Source: Macrostomum hystrix
Lineage: Eukaryota; Animalia; Platyhelminthes
Length of the DNA stretch: 64,000 nucleotides
Reading direction: 5' to 3'
Assembly (NCBI GenBank): GCA_950097015.1
Contig: CATNEN010000009.1
Span: 806,001 to 870,000, forward strand
This document shows positions 25,580 through 38,157 of this stretch, piece after piece (the first letter of the stretch is position 1; each line of letters starts with the position of its first letter). A program made the translations under genes and the position numbers. A model generated the notes under the pieces. It was not told the origin of the DNA and did no database searches. It saw nothing but the letters and a program-made list of their open reading frames with translations.

Positions 25580-27617
25580 GATAGAGAGGTAGACTAATGG
25601 AGGTAGAGAATGAGTGATAGAGAGACTGATGGAGAGGTAGAGAATGAGTGAGAGGCAGAGACTGCGTGAGAGGTAGAGAATGAGTGAGAGAGCGACTGAT
25701 GGAGAGGTAGAGAATGAGTGAGAGAGCGACTGATGGGGAGGTAGAGAATGAGTGAGAGGGAGAGACTGATGGAGAGGTAGAGAATGAGTGAGAGGGAGAG
25801 ACTGATGGAGAGGTAGAGAATGAGTGAGAGGGAGAGACTGATGGAGAGGTAGAGAATGAGTGAGAGGGAGAGACTGATGGAGAGGTAGAGAATGAGTGAG
25901 AGGGAGAGACTGCGTGAGAGGTAGAGAATGAGTGAGAGGGAGAGACTGCGTGAGAGGTAGAGAATGAGTGAGAGAGCGACTGATGGAGAGGTAGAGAATG
26001 AGTGAGAGAGCGACTGATGGAGAGGTAGAGAATGAGTGAGAGAGCGACTGATGGAGAGGTAGAGAATGAGTGAGAGAGCGACTGATGGAGAGGTAGAGAA
26101 TGAGTGAGAGAGCGACTGATGGAGAGGTAGAGAATGAGTGAGAGAGCGACTGATGGAGAGGTAGAGAATGAGTGAGAGAGCGACTGATGGAGAGGTAGAG
26201 AATGAGTGAGAGAGCGACTGATGGAGGGGTAGAGAATGAGTGAGAGAGCGACTGATGGAGAGGTAGAGAATGAGTGAGAGAGCGACTGATGGAGAGGTAG
26301 AGAATGAGTGAGAGAGCGACTGATGGAGGGGTAGAGAATGAGTGAGAGAGCGACTGATGGAGAGGTAGAGAATGAGTGAGAGAGCGACTGATGGAGAGGT
26401 AGAGAATGAGTGAGAGAGCGACTGATGGAGAGGTAGAGAATGAGTGAGAGAGCGACTGATGGAGAGGTAGAGAATGAGTGAGAGAGCGACTGATGGAGAG
26501 GTAGAGAATGAGTGAGAGAGCGACTGATGGAGAGGTAGAGAATGAGTGAGAGAGCGACTGATGGAGAGGTAGAGAATGAGTGAGAGAGCGACTGATGGAG
26601 AGGTAGAGAATGAGTGAGAGAGCGACTGATGGAGAGGTAGAGAATGAGTGAGAGAGCGACTGATGGAGAGGTAGAGAATGAGTGAGAGAGCGACTGATGG
26701 AGAGGTAGAGAATGAGTGAGAGAGCGACTGATGGAGAGGTAGAGAATGAGTGAGAGAGCGACTGATGGAGAGGTAGAGAATGAGTGAGAGAGCGACTGAT
26801 GGAGAGGTAGAGAATGAGTGAGAGAGCGACTGATGGAGGGGTAGAGAATGAGTGATAGAGAGACTGATGGAGAGGTAGAGAATGAGTGAGAGAGCGACTG
26901 ATGGAGAGGTAGAGAATGAGTGAGAGAGCGACTGATGGAGAGGTAGAGAATGAGTGAGAGAGCGACTGATGGAGAGGTAGAGAATGAGTGAGAGAGCGAC
27001 TGATGGAGAGGTAGAGAATGAGTGAGAGAGCGACTGATGGAGGGGTAGAGAATGAGTGATAGAGAGACTGATGGAGAGGTAGAGAATGAGTGAGAGAGCG
27101 ACTGATGGAGAGGTAGAGAATGAGTGAGAGAGCGACTGATGGAGAGGTAGAGAATGAGTGAGAGAGCGACTGATGGAGAGGTAGAGAATGAGTGAGAGAG
27201 CGACTGATGGAGAGGTAGAGAATGAGTGAGAGAGCGACTGATGGAGGGGTAGAGAATGAGTGAGAGAGCGACTGATGGAGAGGTAGAGAATGAGTGAGAG
27301 AGCGACTGATGGAGAGGTAGAGAATGAGTGAGAGAGCGACTGATGGAGAGGTAGAGAATGAGTGAGAGAGCGACTGATGGAGAGGTAGAGAATGAGTGAG
27401 AGAGCGACTGATGGAGGGGTAGAGAATGAGTGAGAGAGCGACTGATGGAGAGGTAGAGAATGAGTGAGAGAGCGACTGATGGAGAGGTAGAGAATGAGTG
27501 AGAGAGCGACTGATGGAGAGGTAGAGAATGAGTGATTCAGAGAGACTGGGTGAGAGGTAGAGAATGAGTGAGAGAGCGACTGATGGAGAGGTAGAGAATG
27601 AGTGAGAGGGAGAGACA
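25580..27617. repeat. 34-bp purine-rich minisatellite (GAGAGCGACTGATGGAGAGGTAGAGAATGAGTGA)n
   Basis: About 60 copies; the 34-aa periodicity of the overlapping ORFs equals 3 units. Confidence 0.98.
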
Positions 27618-29364
27618 GAAGGAGAAACAAAGGGAGCGGTGTGCGCGGCAAGCCGCAGGTCACGGTCATTGTGAGGTTGCGCGCTGCAAGCCACGTTTTC
27701 GGTGTTTCAATTCGCCGCGAAGCACGCCGGAGGCAGAAGCTGGCGCCTGTGCTGCTCCACCCCGGATTGTGTAAGGGCTAATTTTCCAAAGCCGCAGTGT
27801 TTGCGGGCAGAGAGTGGCAGTGGGGAGCAGCCAGAGATTTAAAGCTGGGGCTTCATTAGCGCGACAGAAGCATAGGGGGGGCTGCGAACGCCGGGGGAGG
27901 TCATGTCTGATGTAGGCGAACGGGTGGCAGCCAGGGGAAGCTGGAGGAGGCTGCAGCCGCGGGTTCAGTCCTCGAATTCCTCTTTGGCTATCGAATTCGT
28001 GCGCTATTCGCTTTGCTACAATGATTCTAAATGTTTTTGCAAACCCGAGCTTCTTTAGTCATAATCTCACGACTGCGTTTTCCTTTCCTCAACTGGGAAA
28101 TCCAGAAATTTAGGGATAATTAAATAAATATATCCCGTAGGTGAAACTTCACCTGAGCCGAGGCTGAACTCGAACCAAGAGGTTGGGAGTTCTAGTCTCA
28201 GCCCAAGAAGACACCAGATTCCCAAACAGACCAGTTCAGTTATCGATGAATTTGGCGGGCCACCAGTCCATGGACTGAACAGCTGTACGCAGCCTTTAAA
28301 TATGTCAGACACAGGCTGCACCTCCAGGGCTAGGCGTTAATTCTATGTTGAATCGATTGTACAAAGCCTGAGGTCAGTGGCAAGGCGGTTAACACGTTTG
28401 CACCAAGGTCCCTAAGTTTGATGCCGGGGCGAGGCCACATTTATTTGGGGCGCAGCCTTAAATTTCCACTGCCAGACGATGAGAAAGTCAGGTATACGGT
28501 ATCCGTGTGCGTGTGTGCTGGAGGTGAGTAGAGCTAAGCAGAGTTGCCTCTTAGCTATGGATCCACGGCGCATTCAATGAAGCCAATATATTTTTATATA
28601 AAATTTTCTGCGATTCTAAGAAACCTCTATAACCAACGACTCAACCCCGGTCTGCAGCTACTCAAACTGCAACTCAAATCCAACAAGAAAAATCGAGGCA
28701 AAAAAAATCTGGCTAATGTGGAATTTCAAGAACGGGTCATCCGGATTCAGGGAATCATGGATCCGGGATCAAGGATTAGGGATCAGGGATCGGCAGCCGA
28801 TAAGCCGAGACCGCACAACCTCGCAGAATGGGCCGGCCGGGGATCTGGACTGGTCGCGTGAGGATCTGGGCGGGGCGCGCCGAGCCGCAGATCCGTCAGC
28901 AGCTTCGCAGAGTGAGAAGCGAAGCGAGATCGCAAAATCTCAATTCGAAATTATAATAAAATAGGCGGAAATTCAATAGGCTGCAAAGCCATCTTTAATC
29001 CCGGCAAAGTCCGGGGGATAAAAAAAGTGATTGGGATAAAATAGGGGAGACGAATGGGCGGGGACAGAGGAAGCCCAGGTTAGGAGAGGGAGCTGAGCAG
29101 GCTGCGAGAGGTCGTTAGATGCCTCGGTTTGCCCAACCAGTGCCACTCGACTCAGCGGTGTAGCTGGGCACTAATTGCATTTTTAATTAAGCCAGCAGTA
29201 ATGAGCTGGCGGGCGGTTTCACTGGCCTTCACGGCGATCACCTTGGAGAGCTGCTGATGCTTAAAGGACGTTACTGGGACGACGGGGCTAAAGATATGGA
29301 TAAACTTTTTATATCTGTCTGAATAGATCAGCAATAGCAGCAGCAGCCAGTGCGCAGGAAAATA

Positions 29365-29757
29365 TAGGATGGGATAAGATAGGATGGGATAAGATAGGAT
29401 GGGATAAGATAGGATGGGATAAGATAGGATAGGATAAGATAGGATGGGATAAGATAGGATGGGATAAGATAGGATGGGATATGATAGGATGGGATAAGAT
29501 AGGATGGGATAGGACAGGATGGGATAGGACAAGATGGGATAGGACAGGATGGGATAGGACAAGATGGGATAGGACAGGATGGGATAGGACAAGATGGGAT
29601 AGGACAAGATGGGATAGGACAAGATGGGATAGGACAAGATGGGATAGGACAAGATGGGATAGGACAGGATGGGATGGGACAAGATGGGCTAGGACAAGAT
29701 GGGATAGGACAAGATGGGATAGGACAGGATGGGATGGGACAAGATGGGATAGGACAA
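29365..29757. repeat. Pentamer-based repeat (GGATA/GGACA/GGATG)
   Basis: Direct inspection. Confidence 0.92.
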
Positions 29758-29870
29758 AATACTGTGCAAAAGACAAAGGACTAAAGGTGGTAATTAAAAG
29801 GATTGATCAATGAAGTTTAGTATACTTCAGAGGAAACATATCACAAGAGGGGATGCGCCGATCAGACAAT

Positions 29871-29873
<3 letters not shown>

Positions 29874-29921
<48 letters not shown>
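29874..29921. repeat. (CAG)16 microsatellite
   Basis: Direct count. Confidence 0.95.
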
Positions 29922-29922
<1 letters not shown>

Positions 29923-30317
29923 GTTTGCGGGTCATGTTTGGTCAGATCAGAGCTGCGATGCTGGGACGGGAGCCGGCAGCAAAGGAGGCAGCAGGCACAG
30001 CCAGATGAAAGATGGAGGGCCCGGAGACACAGAAATTCGGCAACAAGAAGACGAGAGCGACATGCAAATGATGCGGGTGAGGCGAGGGAACTTGCATTGA
30101 CAAGGGAAAAGTGCAGCTCACAGCTTCAGTGAGATGAGGGCAGGGTCTGATTCGATTATTCCTCTTGTCTGTCGCAGTCCGCAGTCTCGGAATAAGCCCG
30201 GGGCTGAGTTGGAGCCCAGGCTGTGCCGCGCATCCTAGAATGTGACCCCGCCAGCTGACCCCTACAGGTCTCTGCGACTGCTGTCGACGATTCGATTCTA
30301 GGATTTTGAAAACTCTA

Positions 30318-30850
30318 CAGGACAGGACAGGACAGGACAGGACAGGACAGGACAGGACATGACATGACATGACAGGACAGGACAGGACAGGACAGGACAG
30401 GACAGGACAGGGGAGGACAAAGATAAGGCAGGATCAAAGGAAAGGACAGGACAGGACAGGACAGGACAGGTCAGGTTAGGACAGGACAGGTCAGGTCAGG
30501 TTAGGACAGGACAGGACAGGACAGGACAGGTCAGGTTAGGACAGGTCAGGTCAGGTCAGGTCAGGACAGGACAGGACAGGACAGGACAGGGGAGGACAGG
30601 ACAGGGGAGGACAGGACAGGGGAGGACAAAGATAAGGCAGGATCAAAGGACAGGACAGGACAGGACAGGACAGGACAGGACAGGACAGGACAGGACAGGA
30701 CAGGACAGGACAGGACAGGACAGAACAGGGGTGGACAAAGATAAGGCAAAGGCCAGGACAGGTTAGGACAGGACAGGACAGGACAGGACAGAACAGGGGT
30801 GGACAAAGATAAGGCAAAGGCCAGGACAGGAAAGGCCAGATCAGGACAAG
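30318..30850. repeat. (GACAG)n pentamer repeat with variants
   Basis: Direct inspection. Confidence 0.92.
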
Positions 30851-31729
30851 ACCAAATAAAAATCAACGGTCCTGGCAGGCCAGGTGAGGTTGTGGCTAAT
30901 TGCATGGTAGGCAAACAATGCCAGGCAGAAACAATGGAGGCAGCTGTTATCGTATCAGGCTGCTCGCACTGAAGCGGGGCCGGTATGTTAAGATAAAAAT
31001 TCGCAGGTAGAAAAACTGAAAGAAAAACTGGCTAGATTAGCGGGCCGCAGCCCCAGGGCACCGGGCCAAAGAGCCTGTCAATTAAATATCCCACGAAAGC
31101 CCGCTGTCTCCGGAGTAGCCGGGAAGCTGCGCCACTTCGGACAGCGATTTCCCCAGCGTCCCAAAAAAGCTCCTAACGGGATCAGAGAGCGTGAGAGTGC
31201 GACATTCCTTCCCGCCAGCCACCCCAAGCCTCCGGTCCATTACGGGTGTCAAGACACATTTTCCCAAAGTCGTTTTCCTAAAAAGGGGAAGAACGGGGAT
31301 CCGGGAACGCTAAAAAGCAGCTGATGCGGTTAGTATCGAAAGTTCCTCAGTCAGAATGGCAAAAAACTGCGGCGGGAATAAACAAGACGTTCATTGGAAT
31401 GTCTCATTTTTCTCCAAGCAGAATGCTTCGAACCAGCAACAAGTTCAAGGGGATGTGATTGGTCTAGAGGATAAGGGACTTCAAAACAAAGAAATTTAAG
31501 ACCCGTGACTGGCTGAGTTACAAGCGTGATGAAATCCTATTTTACCTGAAATCCCAATGCTAATGAAATCCAATGCTAACTGAAAGGCTCGTGATAAACC
31601 ATTCGTGATGAGACTTGAAAAATTCTGATTCTTGACTAAATCATATGTTACCTGAACTTCCACGACTCCACAAATCCCATTATCCCATAATCTCCCGGAG
31701 ATCTGAGGACAGTCTCCCAGCCTCCTTAC

Positions 31730-32563
31730 CCGGCACTGAGCCAGCCGGGAGCGCCAAATCTTTGTGTCACTTTCACTGCGCACAACACCCCGACTGCCGC
31801 CGCCGTGCACGGAAGACTCGGCGGCGGCAGCGTTGAAAGCAGCCGCAGGAGCGACAGCGGCTGGCACTGTCGGGGTCTTGGCCGTGGGCGAACAGCAGGC
31901 GGCGGTGAGGCTGGCATTGCACGACAAGCTCTTCGGCAGGGCCCGGCTGAACACGAACGCGCAGGCCTGCGGCGTGGGAGCCGCGGCAAGTCGGCGCTGG
32001 GCTGCAGAGCGGAGCAGCTGGGAGTAAGTGGCCGCATCCGCCGAATCGCATTCATGAAACGGACCCGCCGCGGCAGCCGCTGCCCGGGCCGGAGACGGCG
32101 CAGCCACTGGCGTGGCCGGAGTCGACTTTGCCGTCTTCGGGACGCTGACAATAGCAGTCGTCGATGATGACGATGAAGCCGACGAGTTGGAGGCCGAGTT
32201 GGTCTGGCCACCGCGCTGTAGCGAGTGCGCCCGGTGACCGCGATGGCCAGTGATGGAGCCCAGGTTCAGGTAGTAGCGGCGCCGGCATCTGCCGCTGCCA
32301 ACGGCCGCCTCAGCCGTGGCCGGCGGAGATGAAACCCGCTGGCGATGATGCTCCGTCTGCGTGCTGGCGTCTCTGGTGCCTTGCCGGACTGGCTGTCCCT
32401 GCTGCTGCTGCTGACGCTGCTTTTGCTGCTGCTGCTGCTCCGAGCGCAGGTGAAGTGGCGGCCAGTTTTTAAAAAGCTTGCGCGACTTTTCAATCGCCTC
32501 CTGGCCGACCACGTCGCTAATGCTGGGGAAGGCCAAGTGGCGCGGCCGCGAGCTGTCCATCAC
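31730..32563 (-). CDS. Candidate large alternative first or cassette exon of MAST (Q/A/S-rich)
   Basis: 278-codon GC-rich open frame ending CGG|GTAAGG (phase 0), compatible with the 23146 acceptor. No recognisable domain. Confidence 0.55.
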
Positions 32564-33507
32564 TGAGTGGCCGCTGCGACCGCCGCTGCGGTGTCTACGA
32601 GGCGCTCCTTTTTGGCAGGCGATCGGCCACTTCGCTCACCCCTCCTCCCCCTAGGGATCCGGCGAGCGGGCGGTGGGATCTTCAGAGAACTTCAGAGGGC
32701 AAGGGAAAGAAGTGGGAGACAAGCGCAGTGAGAGTGCGTCAGCTGATGCTGCAGCTGCAGTGGCGGCAGCTTTAAGACAGCGCCAGTTACTAAAAGGACC
32801 CGGGGGCGAGTCGAACAGATGTTTTGTGCCGGGATACGCTCGTAGGTAGCCAAGGGGAGAGAGTGTTGGGTCTCCCTTCGGCCAGGGCGAATCCCAACAG
32901 GGGGAAGAGACTGGCGGGGATGCACAGGCCCGATAGGGATCTCTGCCTAGTATACTGTTTTCTCCCTCTCTATCATTTGCCACCGTTTCAATTCTTTCGC
33001 CTTCACCTCATTTTGTATAGCCTCTGGCAGGAACTGATTGGCTTCCAGGGCTGAGTGCAATTGCCAACAATGGCGCGAATCCCTGCTCAGCAATCTGCAC
33101 TTTTATTATGAGCCGAGGACCGATTGGCACATCTGGCAACTTTCTCAGCCGACGCCACTCCGCTCGGAAACTGCGGAATTGATCTGCGCCTGCCCCCCCC
33201 CCTTGGCAGCATCTCAAAAAAGTTCCGTGCAGCTGCCAAATTAGCACCCCCCTTGCTGCGCTGAGCTCGGCTGAGTTCGCTGAGGGCCAGGGGTCGGCGC
33301 TAATCTGAACAAGTGAGAACCCGCATTCCGATTTCTGCTTCTTTCATTAACTATTCATGCCGCTGTTGAGCTGCGCTGCTCAGGGACCTCGGGGAGTTCT
33401 GCCCGCGAAGGGGAGAAAACAACCGCCCGCTCCCTGCTCCGCTGACCATGCGGAGATCGGGCGCACGGAAATACTAATGCAAATAGAAGGGCCGGCTGTG
33501 GGCACAG

Positions 33508-33514
33508 ACAGACC

Positions 33515-33553
<39 letters not shown>

Positions 33554-33580
33554 GTCAGACAGACAGACAGACAGACAGAC
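33508..33580. repeat. (GACA)n microsatellite
   Basis: Direct inspection. Confidence 0.9.
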
Positions 33581-34445
33581 ACAATACAATTTGAAGCAAG
33601 CTTAAACGGGTCTTCAAATAAACAATGTTAGTCTAAATGGTAACGTAAATTTGGCGTGAGTAACACGAATCTTTTTTGTTTACCATATCCTCGGAACGCC
33701 TCGTAATCTTATTATTGAATGGTAACTTCCGGTGAGTCGGATAAGTGAGCACAATTAATGAAGCGGGCGAACCCCAGGAGAGTACCCAGGGTGCAAATGA
33801 GGCCAAGTCGTCTACCATGCCTCCTTGCAGCCAATTCATTAGATTATCCCCGAAGCCCGCACACCAGCCTTTGAGTTGTGATTGGGTTAGCGAAGGAGAA
33901 AATAGATTGTGGAGATTGCCGAATGAATTCAGCACAGCTACAGTAGCCAGGGGCTCCGACCAACAGGGAGACGATGGCCCGGAATTCAATTATCCCTGCG
34001 CAATTCCGCAGAATAGCCTGCTCCCAGTTGTGCGGGTGAGTCACACGGCCAGCGGCTTGGTTATCTCTCGGTGATTCACCGATGCGGCACAATTCAAACG
34101 GTAATTGAGCATTGCCGCTGTTGCACACAACAAATCTAAATACAATATCTCGAAATCACCCCCGAAATAGAGAATGCTGTGCCTGCCTGACTGATTAGAA
34201 ATAATCGATAAATTTCTGGATTTCTTAAACTATTACACGTGTAGTCGGGAATCCAAAAGCAGAAGATATGAGTCATCAGTGTCGCAACGCGAAGGCCTAA
34301 ATTAAGACCTAAGAAACTCTGTGAACGACTAGAAGAGGCCGTGGGAACAAGCCTAATTCCGATTTCAAAAGCCTGAAAAGAACTCAGAATTTTCTGGGAC
34401 ACAAAGAGAAATAGGATATAAGCAGATCAGATGATACAGCACAGC

Positions 34446-35272
34446 ATAAGCGGAACTCCTTCGGAGAAGATAAGCGGAAATCCTCCTTCGGAGAAGATAA
34501 GCGGAACTCCTCCTTCGGAGAAGATAAGCGGAACTCCTCCTTCGGAGAAGATAAGCGGAACTCCTCCTTCGGAGAAGATAAGCGGAACTCCTCCTTCGGA
34601 GAAGATAAGCGGAACTCCTCCTTCGGAGAAGATAAGCAGAACTCCTCCTTCGGAGAAGATAAGCGGAACTCCTCCTTCGGAGAAGATAAGCAGAACTCCT
34701 CCTTCGGAGAAGATAAGCGGAACTCCTCCTTCGGAGAAGATAAGCGGAACTCCTCCTTCGGAGAAGATAAGCGGAACTCCTCCTTCGGAGAAGATAAGCG
34801 GAACTCCTCCTTCGGAGAAGATAAGCGGAACTCCTCCTTCGGAGAGGATAAGCAGAACTCCTCCTTCGGAGAAGATAAGCGGAACTCCTCCTTCGGAGAA
34901 GATAAGCAGAACTCCTCCTTCGGAGAAGATAAGCGGAACTCCTCCTTCGGAGAAGATAAGCGGAACTCCTCCTTCGGAGAGGATAAGCGGAACTCCTCCT
35001 TCGGAGAAGATAAGCGGAACTCCTCCTTCGGAGAAGATAAGCGGAACTCCTCCTTCGGAAAAGATAAGCGGAACTCCTCCTTCGGAGAAGATAAGCGGAA
35101 CTCCTCCTTCGGAGAAGATAAGCGGAACTCCTCCTTCGGAGAAGATAAGCGGAACTCCTCCTTCGGAGAAGATAAGCGGAACTCCTCCTTCGGAGAAGAT
35201 AAGCAGAACTCCTCCTTCGGAGAAGATAAGCGGAACTCCTCCTTCGGAGAAGATAAGCGGAACTCCTTCGGA
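34446..35272. repeat. 27-bp minisatellite (GAGAAGATAAGCGGAACTCCTCCTTCG)n
   Basis: About 30 highly homogeneous copies. Confidence 0.98.
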
Positions 35273-36101
35273 GTGAGGAAAGTCTAAGATCGCCCTGATC
35301 GCGAACTAGCACGAAACAAGTACTTGTACAGTACAGTGATAAGTACAAAAATCAGAGGCGCAGTGCAGGTAAACAAAATTTTCCTGCCACAGAGTGTGCT
35401 ATCCAAGGCAGGATGGCGGTGAACTTAACTAGCATTAGCGATGGGGGAGACAAGAGCGAGACCTCCTGCTAGTTAGTTACTCTTCCAATTAGGCGACAGC
35501 AAATTCAGGAACGGCCGTAGCGCAGAGCAAAGCAATTCGCTAATGGACTCCACCAGTGACACCTCCCATCCTGCCAACTCTTTCTCCTTTAATATTCGTC
35601 ACAACTGACAGGGTCGGCTCCGCTTCTGTTCTGGGGGGCAAAAGTGCACGGGCAGGCACCGTAAAGTCCCATCCGCTAGGACGGTGGGGTGAGGACGAGG
35701 GGGCCGCTCCAGATGCAGGTCGCAGCAAGCCGACCCCGCCAACAGGAAACCGGAAACACGTCAACCGCCACCCAGTCCAGACAGCTGCGTGCTGGGCTCA
35801 GCAGAATAGAGGATATTGGTTTCCATGACTTTTATCTAGCCTAGTGCTGGACACGAGAACGAAACCGATGTAGCAGTTACCCAAGCTGATTAGAGCCATT
35901 AGGAATGATGCACATTGCACAAATTAATAAAGCTGTCACACGGAATGCTTCTTAAAATGAGTAATTATAGCCTAACTCCCACCTTAACACCCTGCGCGAG
36001 CTACTGACGAGTAGCATAGTAAGTGCAACAAAGTTTAACATAGAATAGGAATATCTATTGAATAAATTGCTGACAGTCGGCCTCAAAGGCGCTGAACTCA
36101 C

Positions 36102-36178
36102 CGAGAAGCTCGACAAATTCGGTGCCGACTGGCCCTTCGCGCTCTGCCGCATGCGCACAAGGTTGCTGGTCGAGGAGT
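36102..36178 (-). CDS. MAST: MAST conserved N-terminal exon SSTSNLVRMRQSAKGQSAPNLSSFS
   Basis: Matches the MAST motif NLVRMRxQxLGQSAPSL. Acceptor TTTTTCGTTCTCACAG (phase 1); donor TCG|GTGAGT (phase 0). Confidence 0.85.
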
Positions 36179-36534
36179 CTGTGAGAACGAAAAAGCAAAG
36201 GCGGTCTTCCATCAAACTATTGAAGGCAAACTCAAATTATTAAAATTGTAACGAATTAGCAAAAAGCCTTGGTAAGAGGCGTTACTTTATGCTTAAAAGT
36301 AACGCTTAGTAACGTCGTTAATTTAGATAGTTGCAGGTAAGTACGAGGTAAGTTGCAAGTAATTAAGGCAAAATGATAATAATAACATATTTTCAACAGG
36401 CTATAGGCCCTGGCGTGCTCATTCCGCTGACGTTTTGAGCACAAAAGCACACTTCCACATTGTTAGCTCGTGTACAATCTCATTGTGCCTTAGTTGTTTG
36501 CACTCGCTCACAATAATGTGACCTTGCTACCTGG

Positions 36535-37470
36535 TATTTCTCTGGTCTCTCTCCAGTCTCTCGCTGATCTCTCTCCAGTCTCTACCTGGTCTCTCTGAAG
36601 TCTCTCTCTGATCTCTCTCCAGTCTCTCTCTGATCTCTCTCCAGTCTCTCTCTGATCTCTCTCCAGTCTCTCTCTGGTCTCTCTGAAGTCTCTCTCTGAT
36701 CTCTCTCCAGTCTCTCTCTGGTCTCTCTGAAGTCTCTCTCTGGTCTCTCTCCAGTCTCTCGCTGATCTCTCTCCAGTCTCTCTCTGGTCTCTCTCCAGTC
36801 TCTCGCTGATCTCTCTCCAGTCTCTACCTGGTCTCTCTGAAGTCTCTCTCTGATCTCTCTCCAGTCTCTCTCTGATCTCTCTCCAGTCTCTCTCTGATCT
36901 CTCTCCAGTCTCTCTCTGGTCTCTCTGAAGTCTCTCTCTGATCTCTCTCCAGTCTCTCTCTGGTCTCTCTGAAGTCTCTCTCTGATCTCTCTCCAGTCTC
37001 TCTCTGATCTCTCTGAAGTCTCTCTCTGATCTCTCTCCAGTCTCTCTCTGGTCTCTCTGAAGTCTCTCTCTGATCTCTCTCCAGTCTCTCTCTGATCTCT
37101 CTCCAGTCTCTCGCTGATCTCTCTCCAGTCTCTACCTGATCTCTCTCCAGTCTCTACCTGATCTCTCTCCAGTCTCTACCTGATCTCTCTCCAGTCTCTA
37201 CCTGATCTCTCTCCAGTCTCTACCTGATCTCTCTCCAGTCTCTACCTGATCTCTCTCCAGTCTCTACCTGATCTCTCTCCAGTCTCTACCTGATCTCTCT
37301 CCAGTCTCTACCTGATCTCTCTCCAGTCTCTACCTGATCTCTCTCCAGTCTCTACCTGATCTCTCTCCAGTCTCTCTCCGATCTCTCTCAAGTCTCTCGC
37401 TGATCTCTCTCCAGTCTCTACCTGATCTCTCTTCAGTCTCTCGCTGATCTCTCTCCAGTCTCTACCTGGG
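36535..37470. repeat. 22-bp pyrimidine-rich minisatellite (TGATCTCTCTCCAGTCTCTCTC/ACC)n
   Basis: Direct inspection; reverse-complement relative of the 38.2-39.9 kb array. Confidence 0.95.
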
Positions 37471-37562
37471 ATCTCAGGGACATTGCTCAGAGCTTAGGGA
37501 CATTGGTGCGAGAGTCAAACAGCCCACCCCGAACAAACAGACTATTGAAGCTGCGCACTCAC

Positions 37563-37773
37563 GCTGTACATGCACATCGTAGCCAGCCAGGATGCCCGGA
37601 TTTGAGTTGGCCGAGGGCGACTCTGACATGCTCTGTGTGCGGTGGGTCGCGCGGCCCTCGATAGACAGAGACATTGTGCGGTGCATGAGCCGCAGTCCGC
37701 GACCATTGGGAAAGTCGTCAATTGACTTGCGAGCGGTGGTGAACAGAGGCGAACCGGCGCTGCCGTTATCGGA
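37563..37773 (-). CDS. Probable MAST upstream exon (SDNGSAGSPLF...GYDVHVQ)
   Basis: Strong acceptor TTTTTCTTTTCTCTCGCAG (phase 0); donor C|GTGAGT (phase 1) fitting the 36178 acceptor; open frame of 70 codons plus 1 nt. Confidence 0.7.
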
Positions 37774-38157
37774 CTGCGAGAGAAAAGAAAAATAGTTACG
37801 ATTCGCACAACACTACTTGCAGTAGCGTGCAGGTGCATGAGAGCACGCCATTTAAAATTTATGGATTTTATTCCATTTAAGTGCTAATTTTACAGAAAAA
37901 AATCCGAAATAATGAGTAAAAATTATAAAGATATGAGATCCAAGGAGTCCTTCCTCGAGCTCAGATAAAATCAAGGGTAAATTAGATCCCGACACCAGTT
38001 AAAAACTGACTTTAACACTATCGTTAAAAAAATAGATTGAAAGACAAATATAGTGTCACTTCAATATATGTGGTCTAAAAGTGCGTTAAAAACTCCAGCG
38101 ATATAAAAAGGGGTAAAAAAAGCACCTGCTTAAAAAAAAGCCGACGAAGGAAACACG

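Noticed and set aside
34365-35348. 327-aa and 281-aa repeat ORFs (LRRRSSAYL / SEKISGTPP)
   Set aside because: Products of a stop-free 27-bp unit; no splice or start evidence.
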